Shown one piece after another: positions 25,066-34,915 of a DNA stretch of 64,000 bases. Within the stretch, counting starts at the first letter, position 1. The number at the start of each line of letters is the position of its first letter. Both the position numbers and the translations under genes were made by a program. This DNA comes from Neodothiora populina (lineage: Eukaryota): the NCBI RefSeq assembly GCF_041146345.1, contig NW_027191404.1, forward strand, positions 2,666,001 to 2,730,000, read 5' to 3'. The notes under the pieces were generated by a model that was not told the origin of the DNA, made no database searches, and worked only from the letters and a program-made list of their open reading frames with translations.

Positions 25066-26223
25066 TTACAAGCCAACAGCTTGCAGAGACTTGACGGTGT
25101 CGACGATGGTTCCTTCGAAGTTGTGATACTTCAGCCCGAGAACCTCCTTGCTACGACTGTTGTCGAATTTGGCATAACCTTCCTGAGGGAATTCACCACC
25201 GGGGGTCTTTTCTGTTGGAAGGTCTTTCTGGCCAGGAAAGTTCTTCTTGATCACCTCGGCGAGTTCCTTGTTGCTGAAATAGCCGTTCATAATGAAAAAT
25301 CGCTTGTTCGCTGCTGCTTCCACTTCCATTGCTTTGACGTGTGCATTCGCGACGTCACGTACGTCAACCCAGAAGAAGGTGCCGGTAGGAGGAATCTCGT
25401 CCTTTGCCTTGCCCGAGTAGATATCCCGAATACGTTGGTTGGACGTGTTCAGCGCATCCAATGAGTTGAGGTAGTGAACGATGGGTCCAAACACAAGGGG
25501 TGGGCAGATGGTAGCAATGCTGAAGTTGGGCTTCTGCTTTTCGACAAAGTCCCATGCTGCCTTTTCGGCGAAGACTTTACTGGCGCGATATCCTGCCGCA
25601 GGCGCTTCCAATGCTTGTTCATGAGTCATTGGGTTCCAGTCTGCCTCGGAGTAGGTGTGCTCGGGCCAGTTGCCTTTGCTGGGGTCGATGATTGAGGCAT
25701 AGCTAGAAGTGATGACGACTCTCTTGACAGTAGGCGCATTCTTCTTGATTGACTGCAGGATGCCAGTAGTGCCGATGAAGGCCGGGTCAAGGAGTTCCTA
25801 GTCTTGTCAGACCCAGAATCGCCGTGTAGCATCGACTAAACATACCTTTTGGATATCGGTGACGTTGAAATGGAAAGGCGAAGCAGTGTGAACGACGGCT
25901 TCGAAGGGTGGGTCTGACTTTACTGCTTCATCAAAAGCTCCCTAAGAATGTGTCAGGGAAAGAAACAGCCGACCCTTTCACGATAAAACTACCTCGACAG
26001 CAATATCTTCCACGATAGCAATAGACAGGTCTGCATTTGGGTGTGCCTTTTTGATACCATCCGCTTTTGACTGAGAGCGAACAGTAGTCACGACAGAATG
26101 ACTATAATAAGTAAGCTTTGGCCTTGCCTTGTGTGAGAGAACAACCTACCCATTCTGGAGGAGAATGTCAAGAACGTGGGCAGCAATAAAGCCAGAGCCA
26201 CCGGTAAGGAGAACGCGTGTCAT
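25066..26223 (-). CDS. Second Gre2-like NAD(P)-dependent ketoreductase (3 introns)
   Basis: MTRVLLTGGSGFIAAHV; 'VVHTASPFHF'; 'YRASK'; 'ICPPLVFGP'; 'WVDVRDVANAH'; three GT-AG introns restore the frame. Confidence 0.92.
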
Positions 26224-26418
26224 CTTGTGCTGTAGTTCGAAGAGATGAGAGAAGTTGGTCGGGTTGATGATGTGGACCAGTGACGGCTATATACCTTACT
26301 CCCACCAGGCCATTACCCCACTATAGACCGAGAACAAACTCCGCTATCGCCGCCGATTTTCATATACCCTTATTAATCTTCGCAGATGCGAGCAGATCGA
26401 TCTCCGAGTCAGGACATC

Positions 26419-27395
26419 ATGTCAAGACCAAGGTCAAGGTCGCCAGTCGCGTCGTCGCGAAGATATCGGGAGCGTGACAGTCGACGAGTGGACAGTCTGC
26501 CTTTCGAAGCTAGGCAGGTTACCAAATATGATCTCCCGGTGTTTCGACCGATGTTCGGTCTATACCTCGATTTACAAAAGGAGATAGACATCGACACCTT
26601 GAGTGAGACCGAAGTCAAAGGAAGATGGAAGAGCTTCATCGGAAAATGGTGATTTGTTCCTCGCAATAGTGTCTTCTTGAATATAAAATAATCTCCCGAA
26701 CAGGAATCGCGGAGAGTTGAGTGAAGGATGGTACGATCCAACCACATTTGCCAAAGCAAGGAAATCAGCCATCGTCACCGACCGGACTGCACCCAGAGAT
26801 CAGTTACCGCGCGAACGAATCCAAGAGGAAAGGGAAAGCGATGATGAATATGGACCTCTGCCGCCGCCCAAAAACTCTGGGCCATCAATGCCCAAGTCCC
26901 AAGATCTACAACATAGAGATGGTTCGTCTTCTTCCGTCTGCTTTCCCAGAACCATACTGACAAATATGACTAGAACTATCAATAGAAGAACAAGAAGCTC
27001 GCCGTGACGATCTTCGATATGAACGGAAGATGGACCGCAAATCTCAAAAGGAAGCCATGGAAGATCTAGCTCCCAGAGCTCAAGCAGGCACAAAGGAACG
27101 TCAACTGGAGAAGAAACGCGAGGCCGCTGCCTCGAATCGCGAGTTTCGCGAGGCAAAATCTCCAGGTGCAGAAGAAGTGGGAGAGCGAGACTTGATAGGG
27201 GATGATGAAGGCGGAATCCGCAAGATGATCAAAGAGAAGGAAAAGAAGAAGAGTGAAAGGCAGCTTCGGAAAGAGGAAGCACTTCGAGCGCGCGAAGCAG
27301 AACGAGAAGAGAAACTCCAGATCATACGTGAGAAAGAGAACAAGACTATGGAAATGCTAAAAGGTCTTGCCAGAGAACATTGGGGCGCGAAATAG
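26419..27395 (+). CDS. Conserved hypothetical charged/coiled-coil nuclear-type protein (2 introns)
   Basis: 'GRWKSFIGKW|NRGELSEGWYDP' after the intron at approx. 26649-26703; RS-rich start, 'APRAQAGTKERQLEKKRE'; start could instead be 26386. Confidence 0.7.
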
Positions 27396-27635
27396 AAGCG
27401 GTAGACGAAACGCGTTGCGCCGACTTCAAGGCGCTTGCTCTCCACCAGACCACCAGCGCTTAGCCACACATTCATGATATACCAATAATCCAATAATAAT
27501 CGGGTTCATCGACAAACTTGACACCATCTCCATTAATAGTAGACATGCAGCCTCGGGTGTGGCCGAATGACTATTCCAGGTGCTTGGGTTTTTGAGTCGT
27601 TTCAGACTTATACCATGGACAAGATATAAAAGGCC

Positions 27636-29057
27636 ATGTTATTCCGTAGGTCGATTCTTTTGAACATCAGAGCTGGTCTCACTAAATTCACAATGTATAA
27701 TACTGATTCATTCGATTGGATGCAGTGCATTACTACTCCTCCAAAGACCCCCATCATGCAACAGCGATTGATCCCAAAGGTCAGAGTCCAGGATCAAATC
27801 ACCGAGCCTGTCGCCGTTTTCCACCCAGGCCACTATTCAATGTCAAGCACGGGTTTTCCTATTAACTCGGGTCTTCTCACTCCAACATCAGATGTTGATC
27901 CGTGGTCTTGCAATCGTCCAAGTCACGGTCGTTCGGTCTCTGCGTCGGCTGTCATTGACACTTCTGTCCTTGGTAGATATGCATATCCCACGTATCGATC
28001 AACACCACAGGGTAGACCAAGGGCGGCATCTGCCTTGAGCCATTTGATGCCAACCTTGACACCTCCTACCTTCTCGTCTGCCTATGTGCAACGTTCTGTG
28101 ACACCACCACAGACTACAAACCTCTCAGCATATCTCAACACACCCAACCCATCTCCTTCCTTGGTACAGCGTCTTGTCGAACCTCCCCGTAATCAATCAA
28201 TGCACTTCTGGTATGATGTGCGCAATCTTCGTCGTTGGTCATCTTTCTCTCCTGAAGGGATACCAGACCTCGTTGATCTTCTGAACATCGCCATTCCTGA
28301 GGATTGTTTACCAATCCCCAGAAAAGGAAACCAAAATCCGGAGACCATCAGTCAATTGCATGAGCTATTGAGAGACCACTTTGCAGTCAAAGTCAATGCT
28401 GCTCTAAAACAAGCGTTGGGTGAAAGTAATGCCCTCGAAATGCGCAGTCTCGCGACTAGCAACAAACAAATGCCTGAGTTTCTTGGTGCCATGCCTTCAG
28501 ACACCGAAAAGACGTTTCACAACTCACAGCGAGGTCGGGTGGTGGGCATCGTGAGATCCTATGAACAGTGGAACAGTGGTATGCGAACAGGTGGTCCAGC
28601 AAAGCAAGTTCGATATCTTGCCGGGTTGAGCGCTTTGCACCATTTCCTGCGTGAGCATGGTTGTCGCTATGGATTCATAATCACTGAAATTGAGATCGTC
28701 TGCGTGAGGTATGGTGGTGATGCAGGGAATCCAATGCCATATTTTGGATTTTTGGAACTGAGCGATCCGATTCAGCTGTCGACTCATTCTGCTGGACAGA
28801 TGACAGTATCACTCGCACTATTTCTTCTACATTTCCTAGCAAAGACAACCCCGCCAAAGGATCAATATAGTTGGAAGCTGGATATAGGAGGTCCTGCAGC
28901 TTTGACCAGACAGAAAATCCTCAAGGACAGAGATGAATGGATGCCAAAACCTAACGTAAGTGAGAAGAGAGAAGCAAAAAGAATGAGAGGCTGGATCTGG
29001 CCTGAAGAAGCTCTAAGCAGGAGAGAATGTGCTGGTGGGAGAGGCAGGAAGAGATAG
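27636..29057 (+). CDS. Conserved fungal hypothetical protein (low-complexity N-terminus, globular C-terminus)
   Basis: 473-aa ORF; 'HFWYDVRNLRRWSSF', 'GRVVGIVRSYEQWNSGMR', 'REHGCRYGFIITEIEIVCVR', 'RMRGWIWPEE'; start codon uncertain. Confidence 0.7.
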   Translation: MLFRRSILLNIRAGLTKFTMYNTDSFDWMQCITTPPKTPIMQQRLIPKVRVQDQITEPVAVFHPGHYSMSSTGFPINSGLLTPTSDVDPWSCNRPSHGRSVSASAVIDTSVLGRYAYPTYRSTPQGRPRAASALSHLMPTLTPPTFSSAYVQRSVTPPQTTNLSAYLNTPNPSPSLVQRLVEPPRNQSMHFWYDVRNLRRWSSFSPEGIPDLVDLLNIAIPEDCLPIPRKGNQNPETISQLHELLRDHFAVKVNAALKQALGESNALEMRSLATSNKQMPEFLGAMPSDTEKTFHNSQRGRVVGIVRSYEQWNSGMRTGGPAKQVRYLAGLSALHHFLREHGCRYGFIITEIEIVCVRYGGDAGNPMPYFGFLELSDPIQLSTHSAGQMTVSLALFLLHFLAKTTPPKDQYSWKLDIGGPAALTRQKILKDRDEWMPKPNVSEKREAKRMRGWIWPEEALSRRECAGGRGRKR

Positions 29058-29654
29058 TTTCGTTTCTGTTTACAAAGTACACAAAACACCCAAAAATGCA
29101 AGTACCGGTCAACTCCCCTGATCAGATGAGGTCTCGAGTCTTCTGTTCCAGTTCAATATATTTGATATATTCCGTTGGTGCTTACCTCTCCCCATCATAC
29201 TTTTACCCCGAGTATTTCGAAACGAGGGGAACCTTGGGGGAAAGGGAGAGAAGTCGCAAAGTCCGTGCTTATTCGTGCAGCTACATCCATAACAAGAATA
29301 TCATGATATTTGCTCCTGCAACCATCACTCATCCATGTTCACCGACACCGAAAAAGTCTCCCCATCGACCACGATATTGCCACCCAACATGTCGGATAGT
29401 CGGGATGGACTTGAGCCTCGACCCTGTTATACTAGAGAATCTTCAAGTACGGTCTTTTCCCAAATTAATCGGTCCTTCAACCACACTTCGGTCTGTGCGT
29501 TTAGCACTTTTTTTCCAAAAATATTCATCTTACACACAGTCGCGGACGAGAGAGCAATCAGTATTTCCAGAGGGCCCCCTTTCCTTTGCTCGATATATCA
29601 AGAAGGGCCTTGTCTGCATGTCTCTTACTTTTTCGTGTTTCATACATCACAAAA

Positions 29655-30944
29655 ATGCAGCTCCTCAATCTACCTTGTGAGATCCACCTTGCAATTCTCG
29701 ACCATGTTCAGGAGTCAATCATAAATCTGAGTAATACTTGTTCATTTTACCGCGAGCTGGCCTCGCCGACAATATTCAAATCAATCACATTACGGAATAA
29801 ACATATCGGATGGAGAGCAAGAGACATCCTTGTCAAAAGCAAAATAAAACATTTTGTCAAAGAAGTAAATTTTATTGGATCCGCACCTGGAAATACGTAT
29901 TCAGAATATCAGTCTGAGGATGTTGAGAGCATTCTACCAAAATCAGTACAGTCAATCCTGGCCAACTTGTCATGTTTTCCGAGGCTGGAAACGCTATCTG
30001 TCGAATTCGATTTTTGCTTCAACAATACCGAGAAATGGTCGTATGTTGCTCAGATTTTCAACGAATCCGAAGATACACAGCAGGTCCTATCGGCAGAAAG
30101 TAACGAAGCGTGGCGTTCCCTCATGGCCAAAGTGTGGAACGCTTTGGTCCAAAACAACGATCCTCACTTCAAGAATCTGTATCTGAAACAGATGGTCCCG
30201 AAGGAGGTTTCAACATTCTGGTCACCGGACTTCGCCCAATTGCTGAGCTCGATGAAGCAGTTCTCTCTCGCAGCACATGGAAATGTCACGAATGAGAGAG
30301 ATACGATTCTCGAAGGCGTCGGGCGATTTTACGAGCGCCTGAATGGAATGATGTTCAAACACCTTACGAACGTCTCACGTTTGACATTAACAGCAAGCGA
30401 GAGAGGAACGTTAGGATTAACAAAAGATGCCGGAAGTGACTGCATCCCTCTGCCTCTAACAACGCAAGACATGCCACGTCTAGAATCGATACACCTAGAA
30501 GGCGTCTGGATCTGTCCGGACCTGCGGGACATCATCATCAGCCGAGTCGACACTTTAAGAAGTATTACGCTACGGAACTGCATGGGTCACGCACCAGACG
30601 AAGAATACCTCCCAGAGTCAAGATGGGCATACCTCTTCCAAGGTCTTGCCGAATCATCGCCCACAAAACTAAAGCAGTTCGTCATCGAATCACAGACGAA
30701 AACGACGACAGCGGGCAAGAAAGAAAGTGTCGTAGAAAGCGTCGAAGAAGCCGAGAAGATGAAGGCCATCGCCCATATAGTAGCGACGCAGCCTGGCCGG
30801 AAAGTGTTTCCGTATCGGTACTGTGATGAATTGAGTGGAAACTTGTGGGATGACAAGCAAGTCAGTCGAAATGCTTTCCTGAGAGGAGATGATCAGAAGC
30901 AGTATGATAGAATCATGGAAATTGTTGCCATCAACTCAAGGTGA
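29655..30944 (+). CDS. F-box domain protein with LRR-like C-terminus
   Basis: N-terminal 'LLNLPCEIHLAILDHV...NLSNTCSFYRELASPTIFKSITL'; LRR-like 'FPRLETLSV', 'MPRLESIHL', 'TLRSITLRNC'. Confidence 0.8.
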   Translation: MQLLNLPCEIHLAILDHVQESIINLSNTCSFYRELASPTIFKSITLRNKHIGWRARDILVKSKIKHFVKEVNFIGSAPGNTYSEYQSEDVESILPKSVQSILANLSCFPRLETLSVEFDFCFNNTEKWSYVAQIFNESEDTQQVLSAESNEAWRSLMAKVWNALVQNNDPHFKNLYLKQMVPKEVSTFWSPDFAQLLSSMKQFSLAAHGNVTNERDTILEGVGRFYERLNGMMFKHLTNVSRLTLTASERGTLGLTKDAGSDCIPLPLTTQDMPRLESIHLEGVWICPDLRDIIISRVDTLRSITLRNCMGHAPDEEYLPESRWAYLFQGLAESSPTKLKQFVIESQTKTTTAGKKESVVESVEEAEKMKAIAHIVATQPGRKVFPYRYCDELSGNLWDDKQVSRNAFLRGDDQKQYDRIMEIVAINSR

Positions 30945-31258
30945 TATATATCGCATTTCTCTCTTGGATCTTGTTGTTTAATGATTGCTTATATTCGGAT
31001 ACCCTCAAATCTATCATATTTGTTCCTGCTCTCGCTATTCATTTCATTCGTTGGCGTGCATAGTAAGCGTTGGAATTTAAGTCCTAGCTCATTCAAAATT
31101 GCGGGTTTGTAACACGACTGAAAAACCAGTCGAAGTCTATTTCTTAATTGAGATAACCTAAAGACTGTACAAACAGGTCCTGAGTTGTTACTCCCTTTTC
31201 AAGACGATATATACGAAATGTTCCTCAAAGGCTCAGGTATCTAGTCGAACGAGATTCC

Positions 31259-33458
31259 TCATAAATAAGAACTTTCTTCAAGCTCGCAGACCCCTGAAAG
31301 TTTTGCCTGAGCTTTTCGTTGTTGTTCCTCCTGCCAGTTTCGACGTCTTCGCGCTCGCCTTTCAAGTCGTCCCGAGGATATATACTCGAGGTAATCCAGC
31401 GATGCGATGTGTTGCCGTTGTTCCTCGCTCAATTCGTGGAACTCGTCCATCCAAGACCCTGGTACGTTGTAGGTGCTCTGAGGGTCCTCAACTGATGTCC
31501 AGAACATACCGAATACCTCCACCAACGCATCCGCCCAGGGACTGGAGGGCCATATATTGAGGGTGTTAGTCTCGGGTTTCACATATACTCCAATGATACG
31601 ACCATATAAGCGGTGAGATCTGCTGTACTCGATGTGCCGCAAGTCGTAAGAGCCGCGGCGTAACCTTATGCATTCGTTCTGCATCAATGATGCCATATCC
31701 AATCCCAGATGCGCAAGCTCCTTCATGTCGATGGTGCATGTGTATACACTAGCTTGAGAGGGACAATTAGCAATATTCCAGCATGTCCACTCTTGTCCAT
31801 GAAGGCAAAATTCACTTGTCAAGTCGGTCTCGCACGACTGCCTGAAAGGATCAGACAAAGGGCGTTCCAAGAAGATGCGCCGGAAGACACTGCGCCATCG
31901 CAAACTCGCTCGGTCACGGCGCCGGACTTCCATATGGTACATATTAATGCAGGATTCGAGAAATTTTTCATGACTTTCCAGTTGCACTATCAATGACACC
32001 TCCAAATTTGGCGTATTGACGATCAGATCAAAGGCGTCGAAGTCTCGGTATTGGTAAAGGCTTGCGATCATCAGTCGGTTCTCCAGCGCCACCTTGTCCC
32101 AGGATATCATCGAGCAAACTTGTATGAACAATTGATGATTTGGCGCTACAAGAATGAAACGCTGAAGGATAAAACATAACTGCTCTACCAGTGTTCCTTC
32201 GTCGAGTGGGTAGAAGCACTTTTGATATAATATTGATTCTTCATCCTTGAGTTTAGTATCAATTCCTTTCAGCCGCTCATGCGGAATCCAATGATAGAGC
32301 ATCGTCATAGGTAGGCTTTGTAGCTTTAGCTTGCATGTATGGTCTGGTCTCACGAGAATCTTACCATCCGCTGTCATCAGGCGCTTCCACATCAGCACCG
32401 CAGTCGACGAGAAACTCGGTCATTTGAAGAAGTATCCTCGTTGACATCGTCTCGCAAGGCATTGCCCATAAGGCCCACTTGCAAAACATCAGTCCTACTT
32501 GCTCAACACAGCAGTAAAGGATGAATGGCTCACATGCAAAGGTGTGTTACCCCACGCGTCTATATCATATATTGATGCCTTCCCGTCCGCAAGCAGGTGC
32601 TGTACTGCAGCGAGGTCACCACGCATACATGCTTTTGGAAAGTCACTGTCCAGTTCAATGACTCGCTTGCAGTTGAGCAGTATAGCCCAGCTTTGGGCTG
32701 ACTGAGTAATGCCCAATTCAAATGTACGATAAGATAGCCAGCGCGGTAGTCGTATGTTGAAGCGACGAGCTGTATAGTCGTCTTTTTGCCTCTTTGGCAT
32801 GTTGCATCGAGGTGCCTTGTCCTTTGCGTATCCTGTAGATGTGGTGCCAGTAATAAGACTATTTTTTGAAGCTTTCCCATCATTTGGGACAGATTGAAGG
32901 GTGAGGCTAGTTCTGGTGTACGAGACCAAAGTAGCTTGCAATCCGTCGATCCCACGGGTTATGGAGTCAAATGCGTTCTGTTGCATACCTCTACTCCATC
33001 ATCAGATACTTCTCGACTTTGCGCGGCAGACTTACGAATGATAAGCGTGAAATGCCAGAAAAAGTGAAGTTCTGGCCCTTTCTATCCTAGTCAAGTAGCC
33101 GTCCAACTCCTTCGTCTTCCATGCAAACTTCATGGATCCCTTGAGTCTCGAATCCAAGACGTTCTTATCAAGGTCGTTCACAATCCTAGCGGTCCGTTCC
33201 ACGCATCGTTGGCAATGAACTAATGCACGACTTGAGGTTGGTAAGTTTGACATCTGGGAAGAGAGTTGAAAATTGTACTGCCATGTCTTTCATAGTATAG
33301 GTCAGTAATGCCAATTCATCAGCGATCAGACCAACTTCTTCTGGTGCCGATTTCACATCTTTCTGGAATTGTCGTAATTTACGGACGCCATCGATACATT
33401 GGCCGACTACACCAAGGACACCAACAGCAGATGCTGCAGCGCCGAAGATCTCAGCCAT
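31259..33458 (-). pseudogene. HeLo-like fungal N-terminal helical domain plus ankyrin-like repeat protein, with a frame disruption near 33254-33278
   Basis: 'MAEIFGAAASAVGVLGVVGQC...KDVKSAPEEV..ELALL' resembles fungal STAND N-terminal domains; 'ACMRGDLAAVQHLLADG..IYDIDAWGNTPLH' and 'FLVDCGADVEAPD' are ankyrin-like. Three normal introns are evident; a +1 frame change in exon 1 is unexplained. Confidence 0.6.
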
Positions 33459-33790
33459 AGTCGAATGGTGGAAAGCAGACGAAGTGGGAGTGTCCAGCTC
33501 CTTTTGAGAGCTGAGGTGTTAGGCGATGCCCCAGCACAGCCTACCATTTTTATCACATGACAGCGGATGTGGGATTGCACATGTATCTACCAGAATAGCC
33601 AATCATGTTGTATACTACTGCAACTGCACGAAGATGCATGTTGTTGCAGGTAAGGCATGCATGGTGAATGGTGGAGGTGGTATGGATGAGACGCCTGAAA
33701 AGTAAACTCCGCAAAGGCCGACGCATTCTCAGGCTGATGTTTCCCTCCAGCGTACCAATTGTGCCTACACCAATAGTCCAGATCCACAAA

Positions 33791-34759
33791 ATGGCACGAA
33801 CTCCACGATCGACGGCCAAAAGGCCAGGTCCATATTATCAGAAAGTGCCTGAACCACTTGTATACAAGCCGCGGGCACCTGCGCCATCTGCTCCTCCTAC
33901 GAGCCTTCCCAAACTTACAAGTGCTGCGACGACTGCGCGCTGGCGAACGCCCTTCTTTGCCGTAGCGGGTACTTTTGCTTTTGGAATAGCATTATATGGC
34001 ACAGCACTCTTTGTCTCGACACGAAAGTCATGTTCACATGCGAACCACTCTCCGGCGGTCCAAAAGGATGTGTCCTCGGTCTACGATGATACTGCCTCGT
34101 CGTTCGACGCCGACATTGGCTTTTCGGAGTTTCTGGCTGGCATCATGCGCGTACGGAAAAGACTAGCGCAGCAATGCAAGGGAGATGTATTAGAGGTCTC
34201 GGCTGGCACGGGGAGGAATCTGGGATACTACAAGTTTGGCAAAGAAAAGGGAGTGCGGAGCTTGACGTTGGTTGATCTGAGCAAGCAAATGGTCGACCAG
34301 GCAAAACTCAAGTGGGAAGTGTTGAACAAGGATAAGAAGAGAGCGGTCGATATTCCTGTCAGGTTCGTACAGGGAGATGCCATCTCTACGATGCCGCCTC
34401 CGCCTGAAAAGACAAAGGGATATGATACGATTATTCAGACCATGGGATTGTGTAGTACACCTTCTCCCGTCGATCTGCTCAAAAATCTCACACGGCATCT
34501 GAATCCTGACAACGAAGAAGCAAGGATATTGTTACTGGAGCATGGTCGGAGTTATTATCAATGGCTCAATCGCATCTTGGATTCAGAAGCATCACAGCAC
34601 GCGGACCAACATGGGTGTTGGTGGAACCGAGACATTGGCGAGATTGTCGAGAAAAGCGGATTGGAGATCGTCAGGGAGACAAGGAAGCATTTTGGAACGA
34701 CTTGGATATTCGAACTCCGACCGAAACAGGCTGGAAGCATCGAGGAGACGAAGCATTGA
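33791..34759 (+). CDS. OMS1: Mitochondrial SAM-dependent methyltransferase (Oms1-like)
   Basis: Basic N-terminus and a TM helix; 'GDVLEVSAGTGRN', 'YDTIIQTMGLCS', 'ILLLEHGRS', 'GCWWNRDI', 'HFGTTW'; start uncertain (33668/33737/33791). Confidence 0.8.
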   Translation: MARTPRSTAKRPGPYYQKVPEPLVYKPRAPAPSAPPTSLPKLTSAATTARWRTPFFAVAGTFAFGIALYGTALFVSTRKSCSHANHSPAVQKDVSSVYDDTASSFDADIGFSEFLAGIMRVRKRLAQQCKGDVLEVSAGTGRNLGYYKFGKEKGVRSLTLVDLSKQMVDQAKLKWEVLNKDKKRAVDIPVRFVQGDAISTMPPPPEKTKGYDTIIQTMGLCSTPSPVDLLKNLTRHLNPDNEEARILLLEHGRSYYQWLNRILDSEASQHADQHGCWWNRDIGEIVEKSGLEIVRETRKHFGTTWIFELRPKQAGSIEETKH

Positions 34760-34915
34760 ATGGAACAATATATAAATATTATAAATAAATCCAACCAATG
34801 AAATGAAGGACGGGGTAAAGCGGGAGAGAGGCGAGCTTCGCCGCCCCCGAGATATGAACGAATACATCAAGGTAACACCGAGTCCCCCTCTACTTGTTCA
34901 TCAATCATCGCAATC

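Noticed and set aside
29027..29724. 217-aa and 129-aa ORFs between the hypothetical and F-box genes
   Set aside because: They overlap neighbours, have no motifs and have non-coding-like composition
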